From the NCBI GenBank assembly GCA_001600815.1, contig BCKZ01000011.1, positions 124,001-147,269 of the forward strand: 23,269 bases of DNA, in the 5' to 3' direction. Below are positions 22,080 to 23,269 of this stretch, piece after piece. Made by a program: the position numbers and the translations under genes. A model generated the notes under the pieces. It saw only the letters and a list, made by a program, of their open reading frames with translations, made no database searches and was not told the DNA's origin. Positions within the stretch are counted from its first letter, which is position 1, and the number at the start of each line of letters is the position of its first letter. Source of the DNA: Alloascoidea hylecoeti (taxonomy: Eukaryota).

Positions 22080-22346
22080 AACAATGATGAACTTGTAGAT
22101 CTACTACAAGTTAGTTAACAACTCTTTAATCCAGCGCTCCTACTTCCGTGTCTCGCCATCCATAAAGGACCAAAATCTGTATAAACCCAGGAAGCTTTCA
22201 AATTTAGATTAAATATTCATAGCCATTTATATATCCAGTAAATACTGATAAAATGATAATCTCGATACCAAAAGATGTCTGTTAACCAATTCTTATTCTT
22301 TCTGATATGTTTAGAATCAAATAGTGATCTTCATCAATATAAGACT
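22080..22346 (+). repeat. Degenerate dispersed repeat, copy 6 (boundaries approximate)
   Basis: aaggaccaaaat(c/t)tgtat at 22165/16325, then ttcaaatttagattaaat and tgtctgtt..aattctta matching 10451-10562. Confidence 0.65.
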
Positions 22347-22624
22347 GGGGAGTCCGTTATTGGGAATATTATTGAAGTTAAAACATAACCAATAATATCT
22401 GTTATGTATTATCAATCTAAATTACTATTGAATCAGCTGTCATTTACACAAACTTTGAACTTTGATTCATACATTTGTGGAAATCAAGAAGCTAATTAAT
22501 ATATAATAGATAATATAAAGTTATATCGTAAATTACAATTATCATCAATACATCAAATATGACGTATACTAGTTATTTCACATTTTGTTACATATACATA
22601 ATATAGCTTATAGCTTATTGTAAA

Positions 22625-23269
22625 CTATAAGTTCCTTTTTCTCAGCAAGTCCCATTTACTCTTTTCATATCTCGGTAACTCGTCTCGACCACAATTACTA
22701 GAAACTTTGTGTTCTGGTGAACCATATACACATGATGATTTCAAAGAACTACCTTTAGATATTGATACAATATCAAGAGGTACATTCAAAGAAAATCGAT
22801 AACTATTGGTCTCCGAGATGGTTGATGAAAAAGAATTATAATTAATTTTTTGTCTAGCAGAAACATTATTACGATTATAATCGCATGTAGTGCGGTGGTG
22901 AAAATATTTTGATTTTATAGATGTTAAAGTTTCTTCAATGATGCTTACTTTGGGGACAGGAGTTTGAGATCTCAATTCAATTCTAAATTCCAATTCGTAG
23001 AATCTTGAAAAGTAGCAAGATTGAAAATTTGGTGATAAGTTGGAAGTGATTGAAGGTATTTTAATATTTATAATTCGTTCATATTTAGTTTCTTGACTTT
23101 CCAAATCATATTGTGTCCATTGACTCCATAGTTTATCATTTCCAAGTTCACATCCACGCCTACCAGCCGAGGAAGTTGACATATCGTAACCACCAGAGTT
23201 CGAGCATCCGACTGTAGAGTAACATTTCTCATCAATAATATTCTTTAATATATCCCGGTTCTGATCAAC
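22625..23269 (-). CDS. 3' part of a Bul1/alpha-arrestin-like Rsp5 ubiquitin-ligase adaptor (5' end outside the window)
   Basis: The frame is open from base 23269 (VDQNRDILKNII...) to the TAG at 22625. LSPNFQSCYFSRFYELEFRIEL resembles the Bul1/arrestin C-domain P-x-F-x-S-C-x2-S-R-x-Y motif. Terminal strand LNVPLDIV and a C-terminal LPRY (LPxY PY-type motif). Confidence 0.7.
   Translation of the reverse strand, partial: VDQNRDILKNIIDEKCYSTVGCSNSGGYDMSTSSAGRRGCELGNDKLWSQWTQYDLESQETKYERIINIKIPSITSNLSPNFQSCYFSRFYELEFRIELRSQTPVPKVSIIEETLTSIKSKYFHHRTTCDYNRNNVSARQKINYNSFSSTISETNSYRFSLNVPLDIVSISKGSSLKSSCVYGSPEHKVSSNCGRDELPRYEKSKWDLLRKRNL

Noticed and set aside
22090..22112. 9-bp hairpin AACTTGTAG-atcta-CTACAAGTT as a Helitron end
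   Set aside because: AT-rich stem, no suitably placed CTAG terminus, and not seen in the other repeat copies
1..23269. tRNA or snRNA genes
   Set aside because: GTTCGA/TCGAAC words (e.g. ~16682, ~20464) lack cloverleaf context, and I recognised no snRNA signature by eye; a covariance scan was not possible

Overview
AT-rich fungal genomic DNA, most likely a budding yeast of an intron-richer, early-diverging Saccharomycotina lineage (inference from yeast-type ILV2/ZTA1 and a 3-intron gene). It has two N gaps (1486-1585, 9939-10102). Recognisable genes: a methylmalonate/malonate-semialdehyde dehydrogenase without a mitochondrial presequence, head-to-head with acetolactate synthase ILV2 across a 515-bp promoter carrying Cbf1-, Reb1-, Leu3- and Gcn4-type motifs; a 4-exon ICT1/Pth4-type GGQ peptidyl-tRNA hydrolase only partly captured by the ORF track; a ZTA1-like quinone reductase; two tandem small glycine-zipper proteins with hydrophilic repeat tails; and the 3' part of a Bul1/arrestin-like gene running off the right end. 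The left end holds an inverted, internally deleted copy of that last gene, an exact 1463-bp duplication across a gap (probably an assembly artefact) and a 176-bp fold-back inverted repeat. The intergenic DNA contains a decayed Tad/I-type LINE reverse transcriptase and about six same-orientation remnants of an unidentified old repeat. No clearly new multi-gene system is demonstrable. The best leads are the MMSDH-ILV2 pair, the cryptic repeat family and the glycine-zipper pair.
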